DNA of 46,951 nt from Candidatus Saccharimonadota bacterium (lineage in GTDB: Bacteria; Patescibacteriota; Saccharimonadia; CAILAD01; BJGX01): assembly GCA_016191105.1 (NCBI GenBank), contig JACPPH010000009.1, positions 1 through 46,951 of the forward strand, read 5' to 3'. This document shows, piece by piece, positions 43,477-46,951 of this stretch. The notes under the pieces are model-generated. The model was not told the origin of the DNA. It was given only the letters and a program-made list of their open reading frames with translations, and made no database searches. Within the stretch, counting starts at the first letter, position 1. The number at the start of each line of letters is the position of its first letter. Both the position numbers and the translations under genes were made by a program.

Positions 43477-44523
43477 TTAGTTGTTCAGGTATTTTTCAAT
43501 ATTGGCTTGATGTTGGGCGTTAGTTGTGGCAAAACGAATATTGCCCTGTTGGTCAGCCAAAAAGAATAGATAGTCGGATTGAGCAGGATTCATAGCGGCC
43601 TCAATAGCATCTAGGCTGGGATTGTTTATGGGTGCTGGCGGCAAGCCAGGTGCTAAATAGGTATTGTAAGGAGAATTCACTCGCAAATCGCCGGGGCTGG
43701 TGGTTTTCTTGCCGGTAGCATAGTTTACGGTCACATCACTTTGCAGCTTCATGCCGACCTTTAGCCGATTGTAGAAAACCCCGGCTACCATTTTGCGATC
43801 CTGCGAGGTATTGGCCTCTTTTTCGATAATCGAAGCTAGAGTTAGTATCTGATTGGGGCTAAGGTTTTGGGGCCGACTACCCTGCAAGACCGACCAGGCC
43901 TGATCTGAAAAAGCCTGCAACATCTGTTGTACCAAGCCTGCAGCCGGGGTGCCGTATATTACCTTATAAGTAGCCGGAAACAGATAGCCTTCGAGGTTGC
44001 CGGCCGGCACTGTGCCGCTTAAGAAGTTAAAATTGTAAGCTTGGCGGGTGGCACTAACAAAGTCCTGGCGCGAGCCTAAGCCCGCTGCTTGCCACCTGTT
44101 AGCCAGCTCTTCGATGGTTAGGCCCTCTGGAAAAGTCAGCTTAATAATTGCTATCTGGCCACGGCTTAGCATAGTCGCCAGCTGATACATATTGGTTCCT
44201 GGCTGAATCAGATACGGGCCGGGCTTGATGCGCCCGCGGGCGGGGCCTAGGTTTAGCATTATCTCCAGCAACCACGGGTTAGCTATCAGCTTTTGTTGGA
44301 ACAGATTGCTGGCTATCTTAGAGCTGGAATCACCCTCATTAACTGTAACCAAGGTCTTGCCCGTCCGCTGGCCAGCGGATTCGGCCCCGTAAGGCTGCGT
44401 TAGTTGCCAGCCCGCCAATGCAACGAGTCCGAGTAAAAACAGGCTAAAAAGCACCGCTATAGCGGCCAAAAGCACAAATATGGGCCTGGGCTTTGAATTT
44501 TTAGATTTTTCAACTTGTTTCAT
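43477..44523 (-). CDS. mltG: Endolytic murein transglycosylase MltG (YceG-like)
   Basis: It has an N-terminal TM segment, LASIIEKEA, VFYNRL and NSPYNTY motifs. Confidence 0.88.
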   Translation of the reverse strand: MKQVEKSKNSKPRPIFVLLAAIAVLFSLFLLGLVALAGWQLTQPYGAESAGQRTGKTLVTVNEGDSSSKIASNLFQQKLIANPWLLEIMLNLGPARGRIKPGPYLIQPGTNMYQLATMLSRGQIAIIKLTFPEGLTIEELANRWQAAGLGSRQDFVSATRQAYNFNFLSGTVPAGNLEGYLFPATYKVIYGTPAAGLVQQMLQAFSDQAWSVLQGSRPQNLSPNQILTLASIIEKEANTSQDRKMVAGVFYNRLKVGMKLQSDVTVNYATGKKTTSPGDLRVNSPYNTYLAPGLPPAPINNPSLDAIEAAMNPAQSDYLFFLADQQGNIRFATTNAQHQANIEKYLNN

Positions 44524-44932
44524 GTAAATAATACTCCAGTATTGCCTGGGCGGCCAAAGCGTTGCGTTGCTGCTTTTGCTTATGCAAAGGCAATCTTTTA
44601 TCTATTTGTTCGTCAGCCGCCTGACTGCTCATAAATTCATCTTGCATAACTACCGGCCGGCCAAACTGCCTTAAACCTGAGGCAAAACTCTCGGCTAGGT
44701 TGGTTTGAGCAGTGTTATTGGCCTCTATATTACGCGGTCGGCCCACCACCAGTACATCTGGATTAAACCTATCGAGCAAGTGTTTAACTTGGGGCCGAAC
44801 ATCTTGTTTGGCATTAATATTGCCCAAAGAATCGGCCGTGGCTTCACCAGCTCGGCTCAGGGCTACGCCTATCCAGACCAAGCCATGATCGAAGGCTAGC
44901 TCACAGGCTGCAATCTTTTTTGAATTAACCAT
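44510..44932 (-). CDS. ruvX: YqgF/RuvX-family putative Holliday junction resolvase / pre-16S rRNA nuclease
   Basis: It is about 140 aa long, has an RNase H-like layout and lies next to mltG. Confidence 0.7.
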   Translation of the reverse strand: MVNSKKIAACELAFDHGLVWIGVALSRAGEATADSLGNINAKQDVRPQVKHLLDRFNPDVLVVGRPRNIEANNTAQTNLAESFASGLRQFGRPVVMQDEFMSSQAADEQIDKRLPLHKQKQQRNALAAQAILEYYLHETS

Positions 44933-44947
44933 ACTTAATTAGTTGTT

Positions 44948-46558
44948 TTAGCCGCTGGTGTCGGCAATTATTTCAACCTTTATACGGCTCGAGAAAAACG
45001 GCATGTTGGGGTCGAGCGCTGGAGTAGTCTCAACCTGTACATTGGTGGTCTGTGGGTATTGTGACTTAACCTTATCGGACACGTCTTTCTTGGCTTTGCC
45101 GGCGGCGTCTTTGGCCACTTGGGTGGTATCGATAGTGTCACCATAGTAAGCGCTGGTGTCGGCTGTAAGCTGAACCCGACTATCGCCCACCAGCTTGGCA
45201 TTTGTGTATCTGGCATCGGCTCGGCCATTTTGATAAATCTGGGTGCCACCAGGAATCTTAGTCTTTACCTGAGCATCGAATAGGCCATCGAGGTCTTTGT
45301 TGTTGGCTGCAAAGACTGTGTAGGCTACCTTAATATTGAGCGTGCCCGAACCAGCCTCGGCCCCAACGGCTGCCGAGGGTTGCGAGTTTACCACTGTAGC
45401 CCTATACGAATCGCTTAAGACGGTTTGTTGGTTGCTGGCCTTACTGGCAACCTCTTGTTTGTTGCCACTTTCGGCTTGGGCTAGAGCCGTTTTTTGAGCG
45501 TTGGCAATATCGTCGGCCGTTACCACAGTTACGGTTTTGCTACTGCCGCCACTGGTGGAGCCGCTAGCGCCAATGCCACCATAGCCCGAGACTGCAAAGG
45601 TAGCCGAGCTCATATTGTAGCTGTCGCCATTTTGGGTAGCTGTAATGTTGCCATTGGCCGAACCGGCTACAATACTGCCGCCTTGCACTGTGGCTCCCGG
45701 CACGTTTACAGTCGAATCAAGGCTAAAATTCTTGCCACCCGAGCTCAAAACGGTGCCGGCTGAAATTGTAACCGAGTTCGAGCTGTTAGCATTAGTAAAC
45801 TTAACCTGCCCGCTAGCCTTACTGCCAACGTCCTTTTTGCCGGTGGCATCATAGGTAGCGCTTAAGTCTTTATTGGCCTCGAGCTTTTGGGCAGCAATTT
45901 GGCCAGCTGCAAAGTTACTTTGGCTGGTACCCGAATCGGCCGTAAATTGAAAACTAACTGGCGTTTTGTTGGCCTTGGCAGTAAGAATAACCTTACCGGT
46001 CGGCAAAAACACGTAGGCCAGAATTAGTAGCAAGAATACCGCGGCAATACCCACACCTACCAAAATCTTCTTATTGAGCTTGTCGAATTTAGGGACTTTT
46101 ACCTTCTTGCCGCTGGGCGGAGCCTGCACACTGCGATCTTTGCTTAGTCGCTTGCGAACAATGCCGCCACTGGCAGTGGCCGTAGCCTCGCCAGCATCAG
46201 CTGCAGAACTTGGCTCAGGTTCGGGCTCGGGCCCATTAATCTCAATTGGCTCGTTGCTAGCTGTAGCAGCCTCGGGAGCCTCGGGTACCGCCGCCTCGGC
46301 TTTAACGCTGCTGGCTACGGCCACACCTAGGGCACCAGCGAGGCCAAGGGTGGTTTTATCGCCACTTACCAGTACCAACTTTTTATTGTGGTCGCTGGCG
46401 GCTTTTTTGAGCAGCTTTAAATTTACGGCGCTTTGTAAGATGCTCGAACGAGCCGGGGCCACCAAGCGAACCTCGTCGGCTTTGGCGGCTTTGAGCTTAT
46501 CGATAGCCTCGGTTATTTCACTGTCGGTGTCTAGATAGAGTACTTCTGGAGGGTTCAT
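44948..46558 (-). CDS. Membrane-anchored S/T/G/A-rich hypothetical protein (536 aa)
   Basis: It has an N-terminal cytoplasmic domain, one TM segment (ILVGVGIAAVFLLLILAYVFL) and a long beta-rich exterior. SD GAGG precedes the start. Confidence 0.6.
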   Translation of the reverse strand: MNPPEVLYLDTDSEITEAIDKLKAAKADEVRLVAPARSSILQSAVNLKLLKKAASDHNKKLVLVSGDKTTLGLAGALGVAVASSVKAEAAVPEAPEAATASNEPIEINGPEPEPEPSSAADAGEATATASGGIVRKRLSKDRSVQAPPSGKKVKVPKFDKLNKKILVGVGIAAVFLLLILAYVFLPTGKVILTAKANKTPVSFQFTADSGTSQSNFAAGQIAAQKLEANKDLSATYDATGKKDVGSKASGQVKFTNANSSNSVTISAGTVLSSGGKNFSLDSTVNVPGATVQGGSIVAGSANGNITATQNGDSYNMSSATFAVSGYGGIGASGSTSGGSSKTVTVVTADDIANAQKTALAQAESGNKQEVASKASNQQTVLSDSYRATVVNSQPSAAVGAEAGSGTLNIKVAYTVFAANNKDLDGLFDAQVKTKIPGGTQIYQNGRADARYTNAKLVGDSRVQLTADTSAYYGDTIDTTQVAKDAAGKAKKDVSDKVKSQYPQTTNVQVETTPALDPNMPFFSSRIKVEIIADTSG

Positions 46559-46605
46559 TGCAAAACCTCATTGAGTTTCGAAAAAGCTAGTAGATTGCTT
46601 GCCTG

Positions 46606-46658
46606 GGTGGTTTTATTGTGCCAAACCATAGCCGTAGCTACGGTGCGAAGCAAAAAAT
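46606..46658 (-). promoter_or_regulatory. Conserved 53-nt palindrome-containing element, copy 2
   Basis: On the minus strand it reads ATTTTTTGCTTCGCACCGTAGCTACGGCTATGGTTTGGCACAATAAAACCACC. It lies 63 nt upstream of the ATG at 46558. Confidence 0.55.
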
Positions 46659-46951
46659 TGCTCAGGCACAATCTAATAGTTTTGTAGATCGATGTGGTTT
46701 TGGGATGAGCCCTATGCATAGATACATTCATTATAGCGCAAAATGGCTAAGGTTAAAGGTTTGGAGAGCTTGAGATACAAAACTTTGAGATTGGTAATTC
46801 GTGACATTCCAGGGTATTGTTAACGTGTTGGTACAAAAGTTAATGTTTTTGTAAGAAATTCCAGGGGCGAGTCAAATAATTGGGGTGAGGAAAAACGAGC
46901 ACAGAATTCACTCACATAGTCCGAAGCCGTGTCTGGTGTTATGTGATGGTA

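Noticed and set aside
46801-46870. Two copies of ATTCCAGGG 56 nt apart in the terminal non-coding region.
   Set aside because: A 9-nt repeat seen twice, with no palindromy or gene context inside the window, is insufficient to call a site.

Overview
This is a 47-kb, gene-dense chromosomal segment with about 60 protein genes and 2 tRNAs. Most genes are on the minus strand, many overlap by 1-13 nt, and stop codons are standard. The backbone is ordinary housekeeping: xth, murB, archaeal/eukaryote-type proS, a P-type ATPase, tgt, purD, a DEAD-box helicase, a K+ channel, rpsP-KH-trmD, rnc, nusB, rpmF, leuS, a Mur-ligase/hydrolase/DegT/FemX cell-wall operon, purN-purM, an rsmC-like gene, obg, a LysM-CHAP hydrolase, mltG and ruvX. 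The gene style (low-complexity tails on core proteins, tiny spacers, FemX, archaeal-type ProRS) suggests a Patescibacteria/CPR (Saccharibacteria-like) genome; this is inference only. Six things are not ordinary. (1) About nine short G+C-rich islets of 1-2 genes each are embedded in the AT-richer backbone. Most have their own SD and GC-rich hairpin, three sit right behind near-consensus AT-rich promoters, and no integrase or transposase is visible. (2) purH is split into an IMP-cyclohydrolase-only gene and an AICAR-transformylase-only gene, 15 kb apart on two different islets, each followed by a tiny partner ORF. purB is also on an islet, while purD/purN/purM look native. (3) leuS carries a complete Nudix-box domain nested after the CP1 editing domain. 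(4) leuS is preceded by a promoter, a Leu-codon-rich 26-codon leader ORF and a 1:2/2:3/3:4 terminator-antiterminator arrangement. (5) A tRNA-Ala-flanked islet encodes a GNAT acetyltransferase plus an ATP-cone-less NrdR-like zinc-ribbon protein behind an SD-sequestering leader. (6) A 53-nt palindrome-containing element sits at the same distance upstream of two cell-envelope operons. All functional calls come from by-eye motif recognition; no searches were run.
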